From contig CBFDBW010000001.1 of assembly GCA_965603145.1 (NCBI GenBank), forward strand, positions 1 through 32,480: a stretch of DNA of 32,480 nt. Direction: 5' to 3'. The DNA comes from an uncultured Syntrophobacterales bacterium (GTDB lineage: Bacteria; Desulfobacterota; Syntrophobacteria; BM002). This document shows, one piece after another, positions 16,130 to 23,556 of this stretch; the stretch's first letter is position 1, and every line of letters begins with the position of its first letter. The position numbers and the translations under genes are program-made. The notes under the pieces were generated by a model. That model ran no database searches. It saw nothing but the letters and a program-made list of their open reading frames with translations, and was not told the origin of the DNA.

Positions 16130-16570
16130 ATGTTCAGGGGTCGCTCCGTACATACCCTGGATGTCAAGGGGCGTATACGCATTCCCGCAAGGTTTCGCGA
16201 GATCCTCACAACCCGCTATGAAGACCGCTGTATAATCACCAACCTTGACCGCTGCCTGATTGCTTATCCCTTATCAGAGTGGGAAATTATCGAACAAAAA
16301 CTAGGAGAACTCTCCCTGGTTCGTCAGGATGTGAAGGCGTTTCAGCGCTTTTTCATTTCTGGCGCCACTGAATGTAATTTCGACAAGCAGGGAAGAGTTC
16401 TGATCCCTCAGACCTTGCGTGAGCACGCCTCGTTAGAGCGTGATGTGGTGCTGGCAGGTATGCTCAAGAGTTTCGAAGTCTGGAGCAAGCCACTGTGGGA
16501 TGAGGAAATTAACAGAGCCCGTGATGATTTTGCCAACATTACCACAACGCTAGCAGAACTCGGCATTTGA
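16130..16570 (+). CDS. mraZ: Transcriptional regulator MraZ, 146 aa
   Basis: MFRGRSVHTLDVKGRIRIPARFRE plus a second DxxGR repeat (FDKQGRVLIPQTLRE). ATG 16130 with GGAG 5 nt upstream. The ORF-track GTG at 16100 sits inside the operator and would add a non-family N-terminus. Confidence 0.92.
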   Translation: MFRGRSVHTLDVKGRIRIPARFREILTTRYEDRCIITNLDRCLIAYPLSEWEIIEQKLGELSLVRQDVKAFQRFFISGATECNFDKQGRVLIPQTLREHASLERDVVLAGMLKSFEVWSKPLWDEEINRARDDFANITTTLAELGI

Positions 16571-16607
16571 TAAATCGCACTATAGGGTTCTAACCCTCCA
16601 CATATAA

Positions 16608-16754
16608 GAGAAACGGAGACGCGGCGGCGCGGCGTGACTTTAACACTTACACAAAGAATTATGGTGGGTGAAGACAACTGGGGCTTCACGGATCAAGAAT
16701 ATGAACAGCGCAGCAGACCGTTTTTTTTGCCGCGTCGCCGCGTCTCCGTTTCTC
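16608..16754. repeat. Long inverted repeat (26-bp arms, 25/26 complementary, 95-nt loop) in the mraZ-rsmH spacer
   Basis: GAGAAACGGAGACGCGGCGGCGCGGC (16608-16633) pairs with GCCGCGTCGCCGCGTCTCCGTTTCTC (16729-16754). Extra local hairpins lie at 16657-16688, 16752-16777 and 16786-16802. Confidence 0.85.
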
Positions 16755-16887
16755 AAACTCTGTCCAATCGGTTTGAGCCGATAAGAAACCCTACTGGGGT
16801 TTGGAAATCAATCTGCCAATCACCCCCGCATCGCGCTATCTGATGAGGGGTTAGAATAGGGTTTCCATTTACCCGGCGGTAAGCGCG

Positions 16888-17835
16888 GTGCGGCAGCAGG
16901 AACACAGGCCGGTTCTCCTTGATGAAGTGATTGAGCACCTGCGCTGCACTGCCGGAAAATATTTTGTGGATGGCACGGTGGGTGGTGGTGGTCACGCCCG
17001 GGCCATCCTGGAAAAAACGGCGCCTGACGGTCGCTTAATCGGCATTGATTGGGACGCAGAAGCATTGGCTAAGGCGCAGTCTAACCTGCAACCTTACGAG
17101 GAGCGACTCGTCCTGGTTAGGGAGAACTTTGCCCGAATCGGTCCAGTCCTGGCTCGACTGCATGTGCAGGTAGTGGACGGGATCCTTCTGGATCTTGGGC
17201 TCTCCTCTTTCCAAGTGGATGCTGCCGAACGGGGGTTCAGCTTCAGCCAACCTGGCCCGCTGGATATGAGGATGGATACGAGAGCGGAGATTACCGCGGC
17301 CCAGTTGGTCAACACTTTTAGCGAGCAGGAACTGGCTGATCTCATCTGGAGCTTTGGAGAAGAGCGCTGGAGGCGGAGAATTGCCCGAAACATCGTCAGG
17401 GTGCGAGCTGAAGCGCCAATCGAAACCACTGAACGTTTGGCCGAAGTGGTCCGTAGAGCCATTCCTGCAGCTAAGAGGTCACGAAAGCGACATCCGGCCA
17501 CTCGTACTTTTCAGGCCTTGCGGATGGCGGTGAACCGAGAACTGGATAACTTGCGGATATTCCTCCAAGGAGCTCTGGACTTACTCCGGCCCCGTGGTCG
17601 GTTGGCCATTATCTCTTTCCATTCCTTGGAGGATCGGGTGGTAAAGCAAGCCTTTTCCCACTGGGCGAGATCATGCCGTTGTCCGGCTCAGTTGCCGCTT
17701 TGTCAATGTGAGGGAAAACCCCTGGTGCTGCTGGTCAACAAAAAGCCTGTAGTACCTGGGGCGGAGGAGATAAAAGCAAATCCTAGAGCCAGAAGTGGCC
17801 GCTTACGCGTGGTGGAAAAAGCAGAAGCTGCATGA
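16888..17835 (+). CDS. rsmH: 16S rRNA (cytosine1402-N4)-methyltransferase RsmH, 315 aa
   Basis: HRPVLLDEV, DGTVGGGGHA, DLGLSS.Q.D, and ISFHSLEDR. GTG start. Confidence 0.92.
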   Translation: MRQQEHRPVLLDEVIEHLRCTAGKYFVDGTVGGGGHARAILEKTAPDGRLIGIDWDAEALAKAQSNLQPYEERLVLVRENFARIGPVLARLHVQVVDGILLDLGLSSFQVDAAERGFSFSQPGPLDMRMDTRAEITAAQLVNTFSEQELADLIWSFGEERWRRRIARNIVRVRAEAPIETTERLAEVVRRAIPAAKRSRKRHPATRTFQALRMAVNRELDNLRIFLQGALDLLRPRGRLAIISFHSLEDRVVKQAFSHWARSCRCPAQLPLCQCEGKPLVLLVNKKPVVPGAEEIKANPRARSGRLRVVEKAEAA

Positions 17836-18152
17836 GTAAGAAGAAAAAAAAGCGAGCAGGCAAAAAGGCAGCAACGCCCAACTGGAGACAACGGAATATA
17901 TCCGCCATTATTGCCGTTTTTCTCTGGCTTCTGTTCAGCGGCTTTAGCTATGTCTGGTGCCGGGTGCACGTGGTGCAACTGGGCTATAAACTGTCAGACG
18001 CTGACCGGATACACACTCAGTTTCTGAATGACAGCAAGAAGCTACACCTGGAGTTGGCCCGGCTTAAAGCTCCTGAGCGGGTGGAGCGTATTGCCATCGA
18101 ACAGCTAGGGCTCAACCGCCCACGCAAAGAGCAAATTGTGGTGCTCCGATGA
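17832..18152 (+). CDS. ftsL: Cell division protein FtsL, 106 aa
   Basis: Lys-rich N-terminus, a single TM, and a coiled-coil-like periplasmic segment. ATGA overlaps with both rsmH and ftsI. Canonical position. Confidence 0.8.
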   Translation: MSKKKKKRAGKKAATPNWRQRNISAIIAVFLWLLFSGFSYVWCRVHVVQLGYKLSDADRIHTQFLNDSKKLHLELARLKAPERVERIAIEQLGLNRPRKEQIVVLR

Positions 18153-20146
18153 CGGTTCAACCTCGCCAAAACAACCTTGCGGTTCGCTGGATACGGTTCC
18201 GCGTTCTTCTCGTGGCCACCGGTTTGCTCTTCGGCTTTTTGTTGTTGATTGGTCGGAGCTTCCAGGTTCAGTTTTTCCAGTGGGAGGATTGGGCGAGTGT
18301 TGCCAATAAACAAATCCGCAGAGATCTGCACATTGAGGCGCGGCGCGGAGAGATTTACGACCGCAACGGTCAAGAACTGGCCGTCAGCATTGAATTAGAA
18401 TCCCTGGCCGCCAATCCGCGAGCCATAAAGGATCCGGAAGGCACTGCCAAAAAACTTGCTGCAGTCGTTGCAATCCCGGCGACCAGGCTGAGAAAAAAAT
18501 TTCGCCAGCATCGCGCCTTTGTCTGGTTAAAACATTGTCTCACCCCAAGACAGGCAGATGCGGTTCGGGCTCTTGGCCTCGAGGGCATCCACTTCGTCAA
18601 AGAGAATCGCCGTTACTACCCTAATGTTGAGCTTGCAGGCCATCTCCTTGGGTTCGTAGGCCGAGACCACATAGGTTTGGAAGGGCTGGAGGTCGCCCAG
18701 GACCTGCTCTTGGGTGGCGAATCTGGTACCCATCCTGGAGCCAAGGACGCTCGGGGTCAGATCATTTACACTCACGGCCTGCCTGCTGCCTCAGATCCGC
18801 AGGCATACAGTCTCCGATTATCCCTGGACAAACGCATTCAATACATTGCTGAAAGAGAATTACAGAAGACAGTGACTGATTATGGGGCCAAGGGCGGTAT
18901 GACCGTGGTGACCGAGCCGAAATCTGGTGAAATCCTAGCCATGGCCGTGTTCCCATCGTTCAATCCCAATTCTTTCTCCTCCTCTGGGCCAGCGGTCTGG
19001 CGCAATCGAGCAGTGACAGATGCCTTCGAACCGGGATCCACTTTCAAGATCTTCTTGATGGCGGCAGCCCTGGAGGAGGCTTTGGTTCAGCCAGACGACC
19101 TTTTTTACTGCGAAAATGGCAAATACAAAGTAATGAACCACACAATTCACGATCTGAAAAAATTTGGCTGGCTCTCACTGGCGCAAATTCTGCGTTTTTC
19201 CAGTAACATCGGGGCTGCTAAAGTCTCAGAAAAACTTGGTCCGAGCCGCTTTTACCATTACATTCGCGGTTTCGGCTTCGGCGCTCCTACCGAACTTGGC
19301 CTGCCGGGCGAGACTGCCGGTTTGATCCGCCCGCCCGACGAGTGGACCCCGGTGGATCTTGCCGCCTCCAGTTTTGGTCAAAGCCTGTCAGTATCTGCCA
19401 CCCAACTTGCTATGGCCCTGGGCGCTGTAGCCAATGATGGCCTGCTGATGCAACCTCTCCTGATCAAGGAGGTGCTGGATGCACAAGGGAGAGTAGTCCG
19501 GCGAAACAATTCCAGGGTAGTACGCCGGGTGATAAGTGCGGCCACTGCCGAGCGGCTCAAGGACCTGCTGGCGGATGTACTCACACCTGGAGGCACCGGG
19601 GCTCGGGCTGCGCTCGCCCAGTATCAGGCGGCTGGCAAAACAGGAACCGCTCAGAAGAGTAGCCGCAAGAGTGGCGGCTATGAGGACGATAGCTACACTG
19701 CCTCCTTTGTGGGCTTCGCACCGGTGGCAGATCCCAAAATCCTCGTGGTGGTGGTGATCAACGAGCCCCAGAAGGGTTATTATGGTGGGGTGGTGGCAGC
19801 TCCTGCCTTTCGTCGTATCGCCCAGCAGACTCTCCACGCCCTCCAGGTACCCCCGGAAAAAACGCAGAACAAAGGTAAGAATGTTGCCACCCTGGACAGT
19901 ATTGGATCGCCATCGCAGTCGCCTGCGACCCTGCAACCGGTTGCCTATGGTCAGAGACAAAGCAACCAGCCAACGGTAATGCCTGATCTTACCGGCCTCA
20001 GCCTGAGAGCTGCAATTGATCGATTGCAGAACTTCACCGGTTCGTTCGATATTCACGGCAGCGGTAGGGTGGTGGGACAAAACCCTGAACCGGGCAGAAA
20101 TCTCAGCACGATCAGCTCCTGCAGCCTCATCCTGGCAGCAGACTAG
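18149..20146 (+). CDS. ftsI: Division-specific class B penicillin-binding protein (FtsI/PBP3-like) with a C-terminal PASTA domain, 665 aa
   Basis: SxxK (GSTFK), SxN (SSN) and KTG (KTGTA). The C-terminal ~55 aa match the PASTA pattern (MPDLTGLSLRAAIDRL...GRVVGQNPEPG). Confidence 0.92.
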   Translation: MTVQPRQNNLAVRWIRFRVLLVATGLLFGFLLLIGRSFQVQFFQWEDWASVANKQIRRDLHIEARRGEIYDRNGQELAVSIELESLAANPRAIKDPEGTAKKLAAVVAIPATRLRKKFRQHRAFVWLKHCLTPRQADAVRALGLEGIHFVKENRRYYPNVELAGHLLGFVGRDHIGLEGLEVAQDLLLGGESGTHPGAKDARGQIIYTHGLPAASDPQAYSLRLSLDKRIQYIAERELQKTVTDYGAKGGMTVVTEPKSGEILAMAVFPSFNPNSFSSSGPAVWRNRAVTDAFEPGSTFKIFLMAAALEEALVQPDDLFYCENGKYKVMNHTIHDLKKFGWLSLAQILRFSSNIGAAKVSEKLGPSRFYHYIRGFGFGAPTELGLPGETAGLIRPPDEWTPVDLAASSFGQSLSVSATQLAMALGAVANDGLLMQPLLIKEVLDAQGRVVRRNNSRVVRRVISAATAERLKDLLADVLTPGGTGARAALAQYQAAGKTGTAQKSSRKSGGYEDDSYTASFVGFAPVADPKILVVVVINEPQKGYYGGVVAAPAFRRIAQQTLHALQVPPEKTQNKGKNVATLDSIGSPSQSPATLQPVAYGQRQSNQPTVMPDLTGLSLRAAIDRLQNFTGSFDIHGSGRVVGQNPEPGRNLSTISSCSLILAAD

Positions 20147-20155
20147 GGGGAAACA

Positions 20156-21700
20156 TTGCTGTTGGAACACCTGATTCAGGATTTTGCCACTCTCCAGGTG
20201 CACGGGCGCCTGCAGCGTCAGGTGCGCGCTCTTACCTACCACAGCGGCCAGGCCTCGGAAGAAAGTCTTTTTGTGGCCATAAAGGGAACGCAAAGCGATG
20301 GTCATAATTTTGTCCATCAGGCCATTGACCGGGGTGCTCAAACCATAGTTGTGGAAAAACCACAGGAGCCCATATCTGGAATAACCGTCATCAGGGTTGC
20401 CAATTCCAGGGCGGCCCTGGCCCACATCTCAAACCGATTTTACGGTTTTCCTTCCCACAAGCTCACGGTTATTGGCATCACCGGGACCAACGGCAAAACC
20501 ACTACCGCTTACTTGCTCGAGTCCATCCTACAAGCCTGCGGCCATCGAGTGGGAGTTATAGGAACAGTAAACATTCGCTATCCAGGTTATCTGCAGCCAG
20601 CACCCGTTACCACTCCAGAGTCCCTCGACCTCCAGCAGACCTTTAACCAAATGGTTGACGCTGGAGTTACCCACGTGGTCATGGAGGTCTCTTCTCACGG
20701 CCTTGACATGCACCGTGTGGACTGCACCCGTTTCGCTGTTGGTCTTTTTACCAACCTGTCCCAAGATCACCTGGATTATCACGGCACCATGGAAAACTAC
20801 TTTGCGGCCAAGAGCCGGCTGTTCTCACACATTCTTCAGACACAGGTGGAGCCACCACCACTTGCAGTCATCAACTGGGATGACCGTTGGGGTCAGCAAC
20901 TGTGCTCTCAAGTGAACGGCCCGCTGCTACGCTACGGTCTGGCAGCCAACGCTGAGATTCGAGCTGACAAGGTTCAGTGCGATTCATCCGGGGTCAAGGC
21001 CTTACTCCACACGCCCGAAGGTCAACTAGAGGTTCACTCTGCCATGATTGGGCGGTTGAACCTGTATAACCTGCTGGCAGCAACCTCCGTGGCCGTGGGC
21101 CTCGGTATGCCATTGGAGGCAATCCGTGACGGCGAGCAATCCTTGGTCCGAGTGCCGGGAAGACTGGAGGCCGTTCCCAGCGATCTGGGCTTTCAGGTTC
21201 TGGTGGATTACGCCCATACTCCGGACGCCTTGCAGAAAGCTCTGGACTCTCTGCGAGAACTTGAGTTTCGAAAGATTATTTGCGTATTTGGCTGCGGGGG
21301 GGATCGTGATCGTTCCAAAAGACCACTTATGGGAGAAGCTGCAGCGCGAAGGGCCGACCTCTTGGTGATTACTTCAGACAATCCCAGAAGCGAGCTCCCG
21401 GACACTATCATGGCCGACATCGAAGCGGGAGTTCGCACCCAGGGCCTCCCCCTGTTCTCCTCCCTCGCCCAATGTGGTGACAACTGTAGGCGTGGCTACA
21501 CCCTGGTAGTGGACCGCAGTGAAGCTATTCGGGTGGCAATCGAGCATGCCCAAGAAGGAGATGTGGTTTACATCGGCGGCAAGGGCCATGAGAACTATCA
21601 AATTCTCGGAAACAAACGCATTGACTTCGATGATCGGCTTGTTGCGGCCCAAGCACTGGAGGAAAGGAAGAAGAAGGAAGCAGCAGGCAGTAGGCAGTAG
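20156..21700 (+). CDS. murE: UDP-MurNAc-L-Ala-D-Glu:meso-diaminopimelate ligase MurE, 514 aa
   Basis: GITGTNGKTT P-loop, Mur ligase middle and C-terminal domains, and a DNPR motif (SDNPRSE) indicating meso-DAP specificity. TTG start with GGGGGA 5 nt upstream. The low-complexity tail KKKEAAGSRQ is encoded by short repeats. Confidence 0.9.
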   Translation: MLLEHLIQDFATLQVHGRLQRQVRALTYHSGQASEESLFVAIKGTQSDGHNFVHQAIDRGAQTIVVEKPQEPISGITVIRVANSRAALAHISNRFYGFPSHKLTVIGITGTNGKTTTAYLLESILQACGHRVGVIGTVNIRYPGYLQPAPVTTPESLDLQQTFNQMVDAGVTHVVMEVSSHGLDMHRVDCTRFAVGLFTNLSQDHLDYHGTMENYFAAKSRLFSHILQTQVEPPPLAVINWDDRWGQQLCSQVNGPLLRYGLAANAEIRADKVQCDSSGVKALLHTPEGQLEVHSAMIGRLNLYNLLAATSVAVGLGMPLEAIRDGEQSLVRVPGRLEAVPSDLGFQVLVDYAHTPDALQKALDSLRELEFRKIICVFGCGGDRDRSKRPLMGEAAARRADLLVITSDNPRSELPDTIMADIEAGVRTQGLPLFSSLAQCGDNCRRGYTLVVDRSEAIRVAIEHAQEGDVVYIGGKGHENYQILGNKRIDFDDRLVAAQALEERKKKEAAGSRQ

Positions 21701-21822
21701 GCAGCGGGTACATTTCTCATCTGGCATTGCGCATTTTTCATTGCTCAATGAGCAATAAAAACCATAAGCGGATTTCGCCAAAATGAGAAATGATAAATTT
21801 GAAATGCGAAATGAGCAATGAC
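21700..21822. repeat. Family-1 heptamer-phased quasi-palindrome, full copy (murE-murF junction)
   Basis: By my hand alignment, 116 nt align ungapped with 27718-27833 at ~103/116 identity. The left arm (CATTNNN)x5 and right arm (AAATGNN)x5-6 are 27/35 complementary when I fold them by hand. Confidence 0.9.
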
Positions 21823-23250
21823 GAATTGACAAATCCTTGGACTCTGGATGCGGTCCTGGAGGCCACCGGAGGTCAGCTTCTGGTGCAGGGTGGAGAGCAA
21901 AGTTTCAGCGAAATCTCCACTGACAGTCGCACCCTGGATCGAGGTGACCTGTTTGTAGCCCTGAAGGGAGAACAATTTGACGGTCATCAGTTTCTCAAGC
22001 AGGCCGTAAGCCGTGGTGCCGCTGGTGTGGTCGTGGCCTTGGAGGAGCAAGAAACGATTGGGCTTCAGGGCTTGAAGATCCCTGTAGTGGGCGTTCCTGA
22101 TACTCTCCGTGCTTTCGGGGACCTGGCTGAGTTCTGGCGCCGCCGCTATCCCATCCCGCTGGTGGCGATTACTGGCTCTAATGGTAAGACCACCACCAAA
22201 GAGATGGTTGCGGCTATCTTTGGCCGATCTTGGAAGGTTCTCAAGAATCATGGAACCTTCAACAACCTGGTGGGTGTTCCACTCACCTTGTTGAAACTAA
22301 ACAGCAGCCATCAGGCAGCGGTGATAGAGCTGGGAATGAATCAACCAGGAGAAATCGAGCGCTTGACCGAAATAACCCGCCCAGAGGTGGGAATGATTAC
22401 CAATATCCAGCCGGCCCATCTGGAGGGGTTGGGAAGCCTGGCGGGGATTCAGGCCGCCAAAGGGGAACTTTTCGCTGGTATGGAAGAGACCGCAACCATA
22501 GTGGTCAATATGGATGACCCCAGGGTCATGGATGTGGCTTCCCTTTTCGCTGGCCGTCAGGTGAGATTCTCAACAGCGGGCGGTCCTGCCGACATAACCT
22601 TGGAGCGGGTCGTCTCTATGGACCTTGACGGCAGCCGTTTCCTCCTGAAACTGGAGGAGGAAACCCTTGAGATACACCTGCCGGTGCTTGGCCGCCACCA
22701 CATCAATAATGCGCTAGCAGCCGCGGCTGTCGCCTGTGCTGTAAATCTTCAATCAAGCACCATTGCCGCAGCCCTGGCAGAGTTTCGTCCTCTTGACAAA
22801 CGAATGGAAATACTCACTCTTCCTGGCGACATCCACATAATAAATGACAGTTACAATGCCAATCCCGGTTCCATGACCGCCGCTTTAGAAACATTGATAC
22901 ACCTTAAGAAGCAAGGCAAAACTTTCGCCGTTCTGGGCGACATGCTGGAGTTGGGAGAGGATAGCTCGGCCCTTCACCGGCAGGTGGGCGTCATCGTGAC
23001 CAGGGAAGGGGTTGATCACCTTTTGGCCATGGGTGAACAAGCCTCTCATCTACTTGCCGGTGCTGCTGAGGCTGGAATGAGTAGCGACCGTATGACCCAG
23101 GTCAGTGATCATCAGGAAATGGCAACGCAGGTCCGCAGCCTGCTGGCTGCCGGTGACTGGTTGCTGGTGAAGGGTTCGCGGGGAATGCGGATGGAAAAGG
23201 TAGTTGAGATTCTTCTATCTGAGTTTGAGAAACAAAAGGTAGATGTCTGA
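21790..23250 (+). CDS. murF: UDP-MurNAc-tripeptide:D-Ala-D-Ala ligase MurF, 486 aa (start could be the ATG at 21811)
   Basis: WTLDAVLEATGG N-terminus, ITGSNGKTTTKEM P-loop, and DSYNANPGSM. Both candidate ATGs lie inside the repeat right arm and neither has a clear SD. Confidence 0.9.
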   Translation: MINLKCEMSNDELTNPWTLDAVLEATGGQLLVQGGEQSFSEISTDSRTLDRGDLFVALKGEQFDGHQFLKQAVSRGAAGVVVALEEQETIGLQGLKIPVVGVPDTLRAFGDLAEFWRRRYPIPLVAITGSNGKTTTKEMVAAIFGRSWKVLKNHGTFNNLVGVPLTLLKLNSSHQAAVIELGMNQPGEIERLTEITRPEVGMITNIQPAHLEGLGSLAGIQAAKGELFAGMEETATIVVNMDDPRVMDVASLFAGRQVRFSTAGGPADITLERVVSMDLDGSRFLLKLEEETLEIHLPVLGRHHINNALAAAAVACAVNLQSSTIAAALAEFRPLDKRMEILTLPGDIHIINDSYNANPGSMTAALETLIHLKKQGKTFAVLGDMLELGEDSSALHRQVGVIVTREGVDHLLAMGEQASHLLAGAAEAGMSSDRMTQVSDHQEMATQVRSLLAAGDWLLVKGSRGMRMEKVVEILLSEFEKQKVDV

Positions 23251-23379
23251 AGTGAGCTAAAGTACCTAAAATGTCTAAAATTTTTGCAATAAATTACCGT
23301 AGGGCGGGTCTCCGTACCTGTCGCAGGTTGGAGTGATGAATCTGCCTAGAAGATAATCAAAGATTTTGCTAACCGGTGC

Positions 23380-23535
23380 CCATCCGGAAACCACGTTTAT
23401 GGGTGTCATTCTGAGGAGTCCCGCTGGGGCGGGACGACGAAGAATCTCATAGTTACTGGATCCGCAGAGATTCTTCGCGGAGTTTATCCTGAGTACACCG
23501 AAGGGCTCAGAATGACATGAGGAGTTTCCGGATGG
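23380..23535. repeat. Triple-nested inverted repeat filling the murF-murD gap
   Basis: CCATCCGGAAAC (23380) pairs with GTTTCCGGATGG (23524). GTCATTCTGAG (23405) pairs with CTCAGAATGAC (23506). CGAAGAATCTC (23438) pairs with GAGATTCTTCG (23467). Confidence 0.85.
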
Positions 23536-23556
23536 AAACTAACTAGAAGAGCACTC

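Noticed and set aside
16634-16843. 69-aa ORF in the mraZ-rsmH spacer
   Set aside because: It has a GTG start and no SD. It runs through the right arm of the 26-bp inverted repeat (giving PRRRVSVS) and has no protein-like composition.
19388-20425. 345-aa minus-strand ORF
   Set aside because: It is entirely antisense to the well-supported ftsI and murE genes. Its composition is rich in Arg, Gly and Leu with no motifs or SD. This is a typical shadow ORF.
21720-21745. Sigma-54 -24/-12 promoter suggested by TGGCAT...TTGCT inside family-1 repeats
   Set aside because: The GG-to-GC spacing is ~20 nt rather than the required 10 nt. The TGGCAT is part of the phased CATT array.
21781-21822. Regularly spaced short repeats here and at 7384-7464, 10778-10881 and 30943-31056, considered as possible CRISPR arrays
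   Set aside because: The period is only 7-8 bp, with no spacers of 25-40 bp and no cas genes. The arrays occur as inverted pairs. This is not CRISPR architecture.
21374-21832. Minus-strand ORF whose N-terminus resembles that of ORF 27350-27850 (..ISNLSFLI..MPDEKCTRC..), suggesting a paralogous small-protein family
   Set aside because: The shared residues are simply translation through the family-1 DNA repeat. The rest of each ORF is antisense to murE or murC and the two are unrelated to each other.
23272-23284. The exact 13-mer TGTCTAAAATTTT shared with 26243-26255, considered as a stand-alone significant motif
   Set aside because: My rough estimate is that several exact 13-mer coincidences are expected by chance within a 32-kb window, especially for A/T-rich strings. 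I mention it only as weak supporting context in the mraY/murG finding, because of its position right after the stop codons and the 18/22 extended match.
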